The position numbers and the translations under genes were made by a program. Below, piece by piece: positions 19,771 through 28,698 of a DNA stretch of 64,000 nucleotides (the stretch's first letter is position 1; each line of letters opens with the position of its first letter). The notes below the pieces were generated by a model. It was not told the DNA's origin, did not search any database, and saw nothing but the letters and a program-made list of their open reading frames with translations. The stretch is from Pseudomonadota bacterium (lineage in GTDB: Bacteria; Campylobacterota; Campylobacteria; Campylobacterales; Sulfurimonadaceae), in contig JAZDQA010000001.1 in the NCBI GenBank assembly GCA_043797085.1, positions 32,001 through 96,000 on the forward strand. The letters are read 5' to 3'.

Positions 19771-20535
19771 GTGGAATGGGCTGAGATTTTTAGTGAAGGA
19801 AGGACAGCTGCATTTATTCTGTTGTTCGTCCGTTTTAGCGCACTTTTTATGGCAGTCCCCATTTTCTCTCATGCGAATATTCCAATGTCGGTGAAAGCCG
19901 CTATGGCATTCTTTTTTACCGTTTTCTTTTTTGGTGCGCTTCCGCCGTTGCAAATTCATTTGGATGCTGCCAGTTTAACCGTGGCAATTTTGGGGGAGAT
20001 GCTCTTTGGATTAACCGTTGGGATCATTTTACAGCTCGCGTATCATGTTATAACGTTTGCAGGAGGGCAAATATCCTTTATGATGGGATTTTCGCTTGCT
20101 TCGGCTATTGATCCGCAGTCAGGTGTTTCAATGCCGATTATCGGACAGTTTTTGGCATTGATTTCACTCATGGTACTTTTGACCCTTGATATGCACCATT
20201 GGATATTATTGTTTGCTTCTGAATCTATTGCGTCTGTCCCATTAGGCGGTTTTATGGTAACGCCTGAGCTTTTTAAATACATTATGCATGGTATGCTCAA
20301 TATGTTTGTGGTGGGCTTTATGATTGCCTTTCCCATCACGGCACTTTCGATGCTTGCCGATGTTATTTTTGGAATGCTTATGAAGACAATGCCTCAATTT
20401 AACTTATTGGTTATTGGTATGCCGATTAAAATCGGTGTGGCATTTGTAGTGTTGATGGCAACACTTGCTGCAACGATGATGATTGTCAGTTCCCAGATGC
20501 AAAGTGCGTTTGCGGTTTTGGGAAAATTATTTTAA
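19771..20535 (+). CDS. fliR: Flagellar export protein FliR
   Basis: Hydrophobic; AGGQISFMMG..IDP and PQFNLLVIGMPIK motifs. Confidence 0.93.
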   Translation: MEWAEIFSEGRTAAFILLFVRFSALFMAVPIFSHANIPMSVKAAMAFFFTVFFFGALPPLQIHLDAASLTVAILGEMLFGLTVGIILQLAYHVITFAGGQISFMMGFSLASAIDPQSGVSMPIIGQFLALISLMVLLTLDMHHWILLFASESIASVPLGGFMVTPELFKYIMHGMLNMFVVGFMIAFPITALSMLADVIFGMLMKTMPQFNLLVIGMPIKIGVAFVVLMATLAATMMIVSSQMQSAFAVLGKLF

Positions 20536-21009
20536 ATAGAGTTTTGAGCGCGTTAAAATTCGGTTCGTATTTTGGTGCATCGCATCAATGAAATCACGCT
20601 CATCATTGCACAGGGCAATTTGACTGTTTCGTGAAAGTTCCTCTCCGCTTAATCCGCCTGACACATGACATACAACCCTCTCGTCTATTAAAATCACGGT
20701 ATCATTGAGAGGGCGTGCACGGTAAAGATAAAGATCAACACCGTTGTACGCAACGAGTTGCAATGGGTCATTCGATGAATTTTGAGTAATCAAGGTGAGT
20801 TTAACTCCCTTGGAAACGGATTGAATAAGTTGGCGACGTAATGCAGGATGATTGAGTGATGGGGTAAGTAAAACAATGTGGGTATGCGCTTTTTTGAGAT
20901 AGTTCATCAGTTCATATTCAAAAATGCTCTTTTCATCCGGGAGAAGATACGGAAGTGTTTGTGCGTTCGTAACACTTAATGTCAAAAATAAGAGGAGAAG
21001 TTTTATCAT
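20527..21009 (-). CDS. Exported PLD/Nuc (NucT-like) fold protein with a degenerate HKD motif
   Basis: Signal peptide; KGVKLTLI; LNDTVILIDE lies where HxKxxxxD is expected. Confidence 0.55.
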   Translation of the reverse strand: MIKLLLLFLTLSVTNAQTLPYLLPDEKSIFEYELMNYLKKAHTHIVLLTPSLNHPALRRQLIQSVSKGVKLTLITQNSSNDPLQLVAYNGVDLYLYRARPLNDTVILIDERVVCHVSGGLSGEELSRNSQIALCNDERDFIDAMHQNTNRILTRSKLYLK

Positions 21010-21074
21010 TTTATTCTTTTTTGGTTACAATGATACCATTTAGCTGACACAACATCAAGAAGGCAGTATTTGTT

Positions 21075-22445
21075 ATGAGAATCTTATTATTAAATGATAA
21101 TCCAGTTGTACGAAAATTGGTTGCCTTAAGTGCACAAAAAACAAAAGATGATTTGAATGTTATTTGGTCTGTTGATGAGATAGAGCATGATGCGTACGAC
21201 TTGCTGATTGTGGATGATGCGTATTATAGTGATGAGATAATGACTGCATTAGGTGAGCGAATCACCTACAAAACAAGCCTTCTTATGGCAACTCGCGGAA
21301 ATGCAGTTCCTGCGGGCTTTGATAAAGTGATTAACAAACCTTTTTTACCCACCGATTTGGTTGAGCTTTTTGCTAATATTGAAAAATCATTACTATCTAC
21401 GACGGTAAAAGAAGAAGAAAAATCGATCATTTTACCGACGATTGAATTGGATTCAATCTCAGATACTTTTGATGATGAGTTATTGGATTTTGACGATGAA
21501 GCAGATTTCGGTGAAGATAAAATCGAAGATTTGGTTGATATTGAAGCATTAGAAAGTTTTGATGATGACGATTTGCTTGGAGATATGAAAACTAATATTC
21601 TCGATCATGAAGAGGTGCAAGAGCTCCAAGATCTTTTGGATGATGATGAATTGGATGAACTGGATGAACTGGATGATGAAAGCGAGCTTAAAGTTGAAGC
21701 GCTAACGTTTGATGATGAAGAAACAGACGCCAAAGGCGATACGTTTGATGAAGATGAATTCGATGATATTCTCAATGGATTGGGAATGGATGAGAGTGAG
21801 GATGCGCTTAAGCTAGAAGATGATGAGCTTGACGAGGCATTGTTTGACGATTTAATGTTGGATGAGATGGATGTACCTGAAGCAACAGAAATACCAGAAG
21901 AAATACCAGAGAATCTTGAAGATTTATCTTTTATCGATGAGAAAGATGATGTCGAAGAGATCACGAGCGATTTGTTAAGTGATGATGAATTTGATGATCT
22001 TGAACAGCAGATTCAAGATGCGGTGGGTGAATTGGATTTAGAGGATTTGAATTCTACACTGGATGATACCGGCTTAGAGGATTTTGGACTGGATGATTTG
22101 AGCTCTTTTGATGAAATTTATGACCTAGACGGTATTGATGAACGTGAGATAAAGCTCGCGATCGGAGAGAGTGTCGAAGAAGAGTTAAGCGTTCGAGTAG
22201 GTGCGGGAGAACATTCTTCATTAGATGCTGAAGCCCTCAGTGAAGCTATGGGCAAACCATCAAAAAGCATGGAGGTCAACAGTTCCGCTTTGTCAACTGC
22301 TTGCGAAACAGAGAAAAAAAGCTCTTCGTCTGAAGGGATGGAAGCGTTACAAGCTCTTTTAAAAGCACTTTCTAATGATGATGTTGCTGCATCGCTCAAA
22401 GGGCTTAATATTAGCATCAATATCAATTTCGGGAATGAGAAGTGA
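21075..22445 (+). CDS. Highly acidic protein with an N-terminal receiver-like domain (positional equivalent of the Campylobacter acidic protein between fliR and gmk)
   Basis: MRILLLND..YDLLIVDD..NKPF REC-like N-terminus, long D/E-rich region and conserved-looking ISININF C-terminus. Confidence 0.75.
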   Translation: MRILLLNDNPVVRKLVALSAQKTKDDLNVIWSVDEIEHDAYDLLIVDDAYYSDEIMTALGERITYKTSLLMATRGNAVPAGFDKVINKPFLPTDLVELFANIEKSLLSTTVKEEEKSIILPTIELDSISDTFDDELLDFDDEADFGEDKIEDLVDIEALESFDDDDLLGDMKTNILDHEEVQELQDLLDDDELDELDELDDESELKVEALTFDDEETDAKGDTFDEDEFDDILNGLGMDESEDALKLEDDELDEALFDDLMLDEMDVPEATEIPEEIPENLEDLSFIDEKDDVEEITSDLLSDDEFDDLEQQIQDAVGELDLEDLNSTLDDTGLEDFGLDDLSSFDEIYDLDGIDEREIKLAIGESVEEELSVRVGAGEHSSLDAEALSEAMGKPSKSMEVNSSALSTACETEKKSSSSEGMEALQALLKALSNDDVAASLKGLNISININFGNEK

Positions 22446-23059
22446 ATCAAAAAAGTGGCGCAATTTTAGTCCTTTCCGGTCCTAGTGGGGCAGGAAAGAG
22501 TTCATTAATCAATAAAATATTTGATGATATTGGTTCTACTTATTTTTCCATATCTACGACGACGCGTGCTAAACGAGAAGGGGAAATGGATGGTGTTCAT
22601 TATCATTTTGTCTCCCAAGAAGAATTTAAACGAGAAATAGACGAAGAGATGTTTTTAGAATACGCACTGGTACATGGAAACTATTATGGAACGTCGTTAG
22701 GACCTGTCAAAAAAGCTCTTAAAGAGGGGAAGTTAGTCATTTTTGACATTGATGTTCAAGGGCATGATGCGGTACAAAATCGTTTGGCTGATATTACGAC
22801 ATCGGTATTTATTACAACGCCTACTTTGGAAGAGCTCAAAAAACGCCTTTTAAACCGTTCTACAGACAGTGCGGAAATTATTGCCAAACGTCTTGATATG
22901 GCGACGCGTGAAGTACAGCGGATCAGTGAATATGATTTTTTAATTGTCAATGATGATTTGGATGCAGCGGCTGAGGTACTCATCTCGATTGCTAAAGCGG
23001 CACGAATGAAAATCCCGACACAGCAAATAAATGAATTTGTCCAAATGTGGACATTATAA
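22442..23059 (+). CDS. gmk: Guanylate kinase
   Basis: GPSGAGKS, STTTR, NYYGT and DIDVQG motifs. Confidence 0.96.
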   Translation: MNQKSGAILVLSGPSGAGKSSLINKIFDDIGSTYFSISTTTRAKREGEMDGVHYHFVSQEEFKREIDEEMFLEYALVHGNYYGTSLGPVKKALKEGKLVIFDIDVQGHDAVQNRLADITTSVFITTPTLEELKKRLLNRSTDSAEIIAKRLDMATREVQRISEYDFLIVNDDLDAAAEVLISIAKAARMKIPTQQINEFVQMWTL

Positions 23060-23140
23060 GACTCAAAAAAGTATAAGGGTCATTACAGCAATGAGCCGTT
23101 ATACTATCTCATTAAATTTTCTAAAAAAGGAATTCATAAT

Positions 23141-23383
23141 ATGGGCATGCCTAGCGGAACTGAATTATTATTAATTTTCGGAATTATTGTTTTACTTTTC
23201 GGTGCGAAAAAGATACCGGATTTAGCTAAAGGGTTGGGACAAGGGATCCGTAATTTCAAAAAAGAGATGAAAGAAGACAAAGTCGAAGAAGCAGAAGCTA
23301 CTATCGTAGAAGCTCCAAAACAAGTTCAAACGCCTACAGCTACTATCGTAGAAGCTCCAAGCGAAACTACAAAACAAGCGTAA
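23141..23383 (+). CDS. tatA: Twin-arginine translocase TatA/E
   Basis: [31 protein letters not shown]. Confidence 0.95.
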   Translation: MGMPSGTELLLIFGIIVLLFGAKKIPDLAKGLGQGIRNFKKEMKEDKVEEAEATIVEAPKQVQTPTATIVEAPSETTKQA

Positions 23384-23386
23384 GTT

Positions 23387-24967
23387 TTGAAACAAAGAGT
23401 CAGCGCGCTTTTGCGCGATAAATTTAATTGTGATGTAATCCTCGAAAAACCGAAAGATCGTTCTTTCGGACATTTTTCTACTCCCATTGCCTTTTCACTT
23501 TCTAAAGAATTACGAAAATCACCTATGATTATTGCTGAAGAGATTGCTAATTCTTTTGGAGAGCATGAGATGTTTAGTGCGGTCGAATCGGTCAAGGGAT
23601 ACATTAATTTTCGTCTCTCTGAGGCGTTTTTAGATGAGTATGCTTCTTGGGCGCTTTCGCATGATAAACAATTTGGCAGTGATGATAAAAAAGGGACAAT
23701 TCTGCTCGAATTTGTAAGTGCAAATCCGACAGGACCTCTTCATATCGGGCATGCACGCGGTGCGGTGTACGGCGATACACTGCTTCGTCTCGGTCGCCAT
23801 TTGGGTTACGATATTACGGCTGAATATTACGTTAATGATGCCGGAAATCAGATCGATTTGCTAGGGGTTTCGCTTCAGCTCGAAGGGCGCAACGCGTTAC
23901 TGGGCGAAGAGGTCGAATGGCCTGAAAAATACTATCGAGGCGACTATCTCAGTGATCTTGCCCGTGAAGTATTGGAACAGTTCGGCGAAGAAGCTTTGCG
24001 GGATGAAAGTCGTCAAAAAGAGCTTGCGTTGTGGGCAAAAGATAAAATCTTAGCCCTTATTGTCAATGATTTAAAGACGATTAACGTCCATTTCGATACG
24101 TTTGTCGGTGAAGCATCCTTGTACGGCGAATGGGATCGTGTTATGGCAAAAATGGGAGATGGCGTTTATCAAAATGAGGGTAAAACCTTTATCCACTCTT
24201 CCGATTTCGGTGATGATCATGACCGTGTTGTCGTACGCGATGACGGTCGTCCTACCTATTTGGCAGGGGACATTATCTACCATAATCAAAAATTTGAGCG
24301 TGGTTATGAGGACTATATCAATATTTGGGGAGCCGATCACCACGGTTATATCGCGCGTGTCAAAGCGGCGGTGAGCTTTTTAGGGTATGATCCTGAAAAA
24401 CTCGAAGTACAGCTTTCCCAAATGGTCAGTCTCCTCAAAGACGGTGAACCGTTCAAGATGTCCAAGCGTGCAGGAACCGTTATTCAAATGAATGATGTAG
24501 TCGAAGAAATCGGTGCGGATGCCTTGCGTTTTATGTTTGCAAGCAAAAAATGCGATACCGCGTTAGAGTTTGACATTGAAGAGCTCAAGCGCACAGACAG
24601 TTCAAATCCTGTTTATTACGTTCAATACGCCCATGCCCGTATCCAAACACTTGTTGCCAAAAGTGAGATGAGTTTAGACGATATTATGAATTCTCGTCTT
24701 ATTGGATTAAGTGCGGATGCGGATGGACTGTTGTTCGAAGCACTGTTGTTGCCGGAAATTATCGAGGATGCCTTCGAATCGCGTCAAGCGCAAAAACTTC
24801 CCGATTACCTCAAAGCTCTTGCTGCAAAATTGCATAAATTTTATTATGATACCCGCGTGATTGGCACTGAAGACGAAGCGAAATTGCTTAAACTTCTTCT
24901 CGTTGTTGCCCTTTCTCTCAAAACAGGACTTTCCCTTCTAGGAATCGAAGCCAAAGACCGGATGTAG
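23387..24967 (+). CDS. argS: Arginine--tRNA ligase
   Basis: SANPTGPLHIGH, GADHHGY, KMSKR and YVQYAHAR motifs; TTG start. Confidence 0.96.
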   Translation: MKQRVSALLRDKFNCDVILEKPKDRSFGHFSTPIAFSLSKELRKSPMIIAEEIANSFGEHEMFSAVESVKGYINFRLSEAFLDEYASWALSHDKQFGSDDKKGTILLEFVSANPTGPLHIGHARGAVYGDTLLRLGRHLGYDITAEYYVNDAGNQIDLLGVSLQLEGRNALLGEEVEWPEKYYRGDYLSDLAREVLEQFGEEALRDESRQKELALWAKDKILALIVNDLKTINVHFDTFVGEASLYGEWDRVMAKMGDGVYQNEGKTFIHSSDFGDDHDRVVVRDDGRPTYLAGDIIYHNQKFERGYEDYINIWGADHHGYIARVKAAVSFLGYDPEKLEVQLSQMVSLLKDGEPFKMSKRAGTVIQMNDVVEEIGADALRFMFASKKCDTALEFDIEELKRTDSSNPVYYVQYAHARIQTLVAKSEMSLDDIMNSRLIGLSADADGLLFEALLLPEIIEDAFESRQAQKLPDYLKALAAKLHKFYYDTRVIGTEDEAKLLKLLLVVALSLKTGLSLLGIEAKDRM

Positions 24968-24969
24968 TT

Positions 24970-24998
24970 TTGCCATATCCTATCGGGTATGACGAGAA
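24970..24998. terminator. Hairpin between convergent argS and the flagellin-like gene
   Basis: Imperfect inverted repeat TTTGCCATATCC-TATC-GGGTATGACGAGA. Confidence 0.35.
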
Positions 24999-25001
24999 AA
25001 A

Positions 25002-25736
25002 TTACCCCAATAATTGTGCAATATTTTGACGTAATACGTCATTTTGATGGGCAATACTAATTTGGGAAACATCCAGTTTTAGGGTGCTTTGCTGAAATTC
25101 TTGGATTGCTTTTGCCATATCGGTATCGGCAATTTGACTGCGTGCGGCAGAAGCTGCGGTAATCTGAGCAAGCAATGTATTGGTTGTGCTGATAAGCCCA
25201 TTACTCATAGAACCTACATCGCTTTGTGTCTGAGATACACTTTGAGCATATTTGGAAATACTCTCTTGATTATCAATAGCAAGTGTATTGGTTGACATAT
25301 CTCCCAATGAAATACTGGATGAACCAAAGGTATGGGTTGTATTAAATAAGCCTTGACCATTGTAACTCGTACTTTGAATGGATTGGTTCATCGATTCTAA
25401 GGTTCGATTGAATTCTCCGGCGAGTCCTTGCTTTTGACTTTCGTTGAGTGAAGCGCTGTTGTAACGAACGCTTAAATCGCTGAGTGTCTGAGTTTGTTCG
25501 CTGAGAGAGTTTAATGTGCCGTCGGCAACTTGCATCATCGAGATAGAATCATTGGTGTTTATAAGCTCTTGAGAAAAAGTACTAATATCGCTTTGCATCA
25601 GGGAAGCAATGACAGCTAAAGCGCTATCATCAATCTTAACTTCAGCACCAGTTGCAATTTTTTCGAGAGTTTTATCCCGCTTATTGATTTCCGTACTCAT
25701 TTGAGAGAACGATTGGTATTGTGAATTGAGTTGCAT
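25002..25736 (-). CDS. Short flagellin-like protein (FlaC-like; D0/D1 domains only)
   Basis: LEKIATG..DDSA, N.ND.ISM.QVADG.L, A.SQIADTDMA and QLLG motifs; about 244 aa with no variable domain. Confidence 0.85.
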   Translation of the reverse strand: MQLNSQYQSFSQMSTEINKRDKTLEKIATGAEVKIDDSALAVIASLMQSDISTFSQELINTNDSISMMQVADGTLNSLSEQTQTLSDLSVRYNSASLNESQKQGLAGEFNRTLESMNQSIQSTSYNGQGLFNTTHTFGSSSISLGDMSTNTLAIDNQESISKYAQSVSQTQSDVGSMSNGLISTTNTLLAQITAASAARSQIADTDMAKAIQEFQQSTLKLDVSQISIAHQNDVLRQNIAQLLG

Positions 25737-25846
25737 AGGTAACTCCTTTTCTGACACAGCTATATCTACAATAGAATACCACGTAATGTTTTAATAATTT
25801 ATAAGTGCTGCGTTATAATTTTAGTATGAAGTAACAGGAGTTGACA

Positions 25847-26725
25847 ATGGTTAAAGTAGCCGCAATACAAATGCAAATGGGTGAAGATAAAACAGCTAAT
25901 ATTGTTAAAGCCGAAAGAATGGTTCGAGAAGCTTTTAAAAATGGTGCACAGATTATTTTATTACCGGAATTATTTGAAGGGTATTATTTTTGCAAAGATA
26001 TGGACAAAAAGTATTTTTCGTGGGCGCAGGAGCGTGAAGGACATCCAATGATCGCACGTTTTAGTGCATTGGCTCGCGAGCTTGGTGTCGTGTTACCCGT
26101 TAGCTATTTTGAACGTGACGGTGAGCGTTATTTTAATTCACTGGTGATGATCGATGCAGATGGAACAGTGATGGAAAATTATCGTAAAACCCATATTCCT
26201 GATGGTCCGGGATACGAGGAAAAATTTTATTTTGAACCCGGTGATACGGGATTTAAAGTGTGGGAAACTCGTTACGGCAATGTTGGTGTGGGAATCTGCT
26301 GGGATCAATGGTTTCCCGAAACGGCGCGTTCTCTTACTCTCATGGGTGCGGATATGATTTTCTATCCAACGGCAATCGGAAGCGAGCCTGAAATCGGGGT
26401 TGATTCGGCATCGCATTGGCAGAGAGTACAGATGGGACACTCTGCTGCGAATATTATCCCCGTTATAGCCGCTAACCGCATCGGTGAGGAGGTCGGCGAG
26501 AGTTGTACTCTGACTTTTTACGGCAGTTCGTTTATCACCGATCACACGGGAGAAAAAATAGCAGAAGCATCCCGCAATAAAGAAGAGATTTTGTACAGCG
26601 ATTTTGACCCCGTATCCATCCGCGAACACCGTCACTATTGGGGACTGATTCGTGATCGCCAACCTGAGTGTTATGGAGAAATCATAAAAAATAGTGAAAA
26701 TTTATATAAAAACAATATTAGTTAA
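25847..26725 (+). CDS. aguB: N-carbamoylputrescine amidase
   Basis: Nitrilase triad motifs PELF, YRKTHIPDGPGYEEKFYF and ICWDQWFPE; YPTAIGSEP. Confidence 0.92.
   Translation: MVKVAAIQMQMGEDKTANIVKAERMVREAFKNGAQIILLPELFEGYYFCKDMDKKYFSWAQEREGHPMIARFSALARELGVVLPVSYFERDGERYFNSLVMIDADGTVMENYRKTHIPDGPGYEEKFYFEPGDTGFKVWETRYGNVGVGICWDQWFPETARSLTLMGADMIFYPTAIGSEPEIGVDSASHWQRVQMGHSAANIIPVIAANRIGEEVGESCTLTFYGSSFITDHTGEKIAEASRNKEEILYSDFDPVSIREHRHYWGLIRDRQPECYGEIIKNSENLYKNNIS
26587..26689 (+). repeat. Left copy of a 103-bp direct repeat (aguB 3' end)
   Basis: 93/103 identical to 28539-28641, no gaps. Confidence 0.92.
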
Positions 26726-26799
26726 AAATAATGTTTAATTTAATATTATTTTAACTTTATTGTGAAATAATAACATGAAAATATCCAAAAGGATTTCTC

Positions 26800-27300
26800 A
26801 TGAAAAAAATACTTACGGTGTTGCTGATCAGTTTTTCAGTTGCTTTCTTACTTTCAGGCTGTCGTGTTACTACGATTGAACAGGCAATTATGGCGGCAGA
26901 GTCGAACGGAAGTATCCCAAAACTCAATCATGATAACACGATAACGGGACCTGATAAAGATAATAACGGTATCCGTGATGACATCGATGCGTATATCGCT
27001 ACACTTCCATATACCGAAGTGCAAAAGAAAGCGGTGAAACAACATGCAAAAGCTTTATCTACGTCACTCACGGTAGATACGACAGATAAGACGGCATTGC
27101 TAAAAGTAGCTGATGACATGTCGCGTGCCTCTGAGTGTGTATATAAAAAACTTACAGACAGCACGCCTTCAAAGATAAAAAGTGATAACGAGAAGATGAT
27201 TGTAAATACAAAAAATCGTTTTTTACAATATGAGAAATTTAATTCGGCACTTAGCGGAGGCGTTTTTGCTTCTCCAGTAGGAGACGGCTGTGACAATTAA
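26800..27300 (+). CDS. Hypothetical lipoprotein with a Ca-binding-like GPDKDNNGIRDDID motif
   Basis: Lipobox LLSGC; DxDxNG loop; AAGGA RBS. Confidence 0.75.
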   Translation: MKKILTVLLISFSVAFLLSGCRVTTIEQAIMAAESNGSIPKLNHDNTITGPDKDNNGIRDDIDAYIATLPYTEVQKKAVKQHAKALSTSLTVDTTDKTALLKVADDMSRASECVYKKLTDSTPSKIKSDNEKMIVNTKNRFLQYEKFNSALSGGVFASPVGDGCDN

Positions 27301-28522
27301 AACATTATTGATTTTACTCATTGTAATTTTTATACAGCTACCAGCCTATGCTATCTGTAGTAAAAGTTATACAGTTGGATTTTTTAACGGTGTGTGGAAC
27401 ACCTATGATCAAGCAACAACTGGACGTAGTGAGTTAAAAAAACTCATTGGAGACACTTACAACAACGAACCCGTAAAATACGAAGCATTCTACAACCATA
27501 CAGGTGATAGTGTGGGCTCAAATGGGCTACAAGACCTCGCCGAAACGTTTATCCAGCGTGCCAATGAGATTGATAAATCAGGACAGATGGGAAAACGGTT
27601 TGAGTATTTTTGGGAGTTTTTGGGTTCATCTGAACCGACGTTTCTCGATAAACTCGCAGGATTTCTCCCGAATGCTGCCAGTTTGTTTGATTCGGTTTAT
27701 ACAGCAATGACCACTAAACTGGTTTCTATCATCTCATTTTTTCTAAGTAATCCTCCGACCGAAGCCGATTATGCCGCTCATAATGCTAGACTCGATGCTC
27801 TTGCTACGGATGGAGAAAAACTGATGCTGGTTGGTCATTCACAGGGAAATCTGTTTATGAATCATGCGTACGATCATATTCTGCCGATTGTAACCAAAGA
27901 GCGTGTTGTGGCAGCGCATATCGCTCCTGCTTCTCCGACACTGCGCGGAGATTATGTGTTGGCTAATATTGATGCAGTCATCAATCTCATGCGCGTTCAA
28001 GGGATTACTTCAGTGCCGGAAAATAATCTACCTATTCCTTTTTCCAGCACCGATGTAACTGGGCATACCCTTATCGGTACTTATCTCGATGGAACACGTG
28101 CGGGACGAGCGACCATTAAGACAATGATTGAATCGGCAATGGAGAAGTTGAGATGTACTGCCAAGTATTTTAGATGGATAGGATATATGTGTCCATCAAC
28201 AAGCGATACTGACTTAGAAGTGTATATTTATGGATCACAAGCTAATGGAAATGGTGTAATACAGACTGAATTGGTTGCGAGTGATTCAAAAATTCGTATA
28301 CCTCTAAACGTACAAGGACAATGTCCAATACAAGGATGGGATTATCGTACAAACGTTAGCAGCTATGATAAAAATGGTTGTTCAGCGTATACATTTGATG
28401 ATACATCAGGAGGTTACCATACACTTGATTATATTGCAGGACAGACGTATGAGAATGGGGCTACCTGTACACAGTATAAGCTCTCTGCAGGCGTTTATAG
28501 TACCTTAAAAGCTTTAGAATAA
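27290..28522 (+). CDS. Secreted alpha/beta-hydrolase-like protein with a Cys-rich C-terminal domain
   Basis: Signal peptide ending AYA; FFNGV, VGHSQGN nucleophile elbow, candidate Asp (IDAVI) and His (GHTL); GTG start overlapping the upstream gene. Confidence 0.7.
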   Translation: MTIKTLLILLIVIFIQLPAYAICSKSYTVGFFNGVWNTYDQATTGRSELKKLIGDTYNNEPVKYEAFYNHTGDSVGSNGLQDLAETFIQRANEIDKSGQMGKRFEYFWEFLGSSEPTFLDKLAGFLPNAASLFDSVYTAMTTKLVSIISFFLSNPPTEADYAAHNARLDALATDGEKLMLVGHSQGNLFMNHAYDHILPIVTKERVVAAHIAPASPTLRGDYVLANIDAVINLMRVQGITSVPENNLPIPFSSTDVTGHTLIGTYLDGTRAGRATIKTMIESAMEKLRCTAKYFRWIGYMCPSTSDTDLEVYIYGSQANGNGVIQTELVASDSKIRIPLNVQGQCPIQGWDYRTNVSSYDKNGCSAYTFDDTSGGYHTLDYIAGQTYENGATCTQYKLSAGVYSTLKALE

Positions 28523-28538
28523 AGAAAGAGGCAAGACC

Positions 28539-28647
28539 GATTTTACACAGCGATTTTGACCTCGTATCCATCCGCGAACACCGTCACTATTGGGGACTGG
28601 TTCGCGATCGCCGTCCTGAGTGTTATGGAGAGATAGTAAAACAGTAA
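28539..28647 (+). pseudogene. Displaced copy of the aguB 3' end (right direct repeat)
   Basis: Translates as ILHSDFDLVSIREHRHYWGLVRDRRPECYGEIVKQ*. Confidence 0.88.
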
Positions 28648-28648
28648 A

Positions 28649-28665
28649 TGGAACTCTTTTTGCTT
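28649..28665 (+). promoter_or_regulatory. Candidate sigma-54 (RpoN) promoter
   Basis: TGGAAC-TCTTT-TTGCTT with exact GG-N10-GC spacing, 33 nt upstream of the GTG at 28699. Confidence 0.6.
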
Positions 28666-28698
28666 AGTTAATGTAATACTATCGCAACGGGGGTATCC

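Larger units (their letters stand above)
26587..28641. mobile_element. Genomic islet (about 1.95 kb) inserted at the aguB 3' end, with no integrase
   Basis: Two accessory genes bracketed by a duplicated aguB 3' end; AT-rich junction. Confidence 0.7.

Noticed and set aside
21605..21964. Ser-rich antisense ORF
   Set aside because: It is a by-product of GAT/GAA-rich codons on the sense strand of the acidic protein.
26721..26755. AT-rich imperfect inverted repeat at the left end of the islet, considered as a transposon end
   Set aside because: There is no counterpart at the right end, and the sequence is low-complexity.
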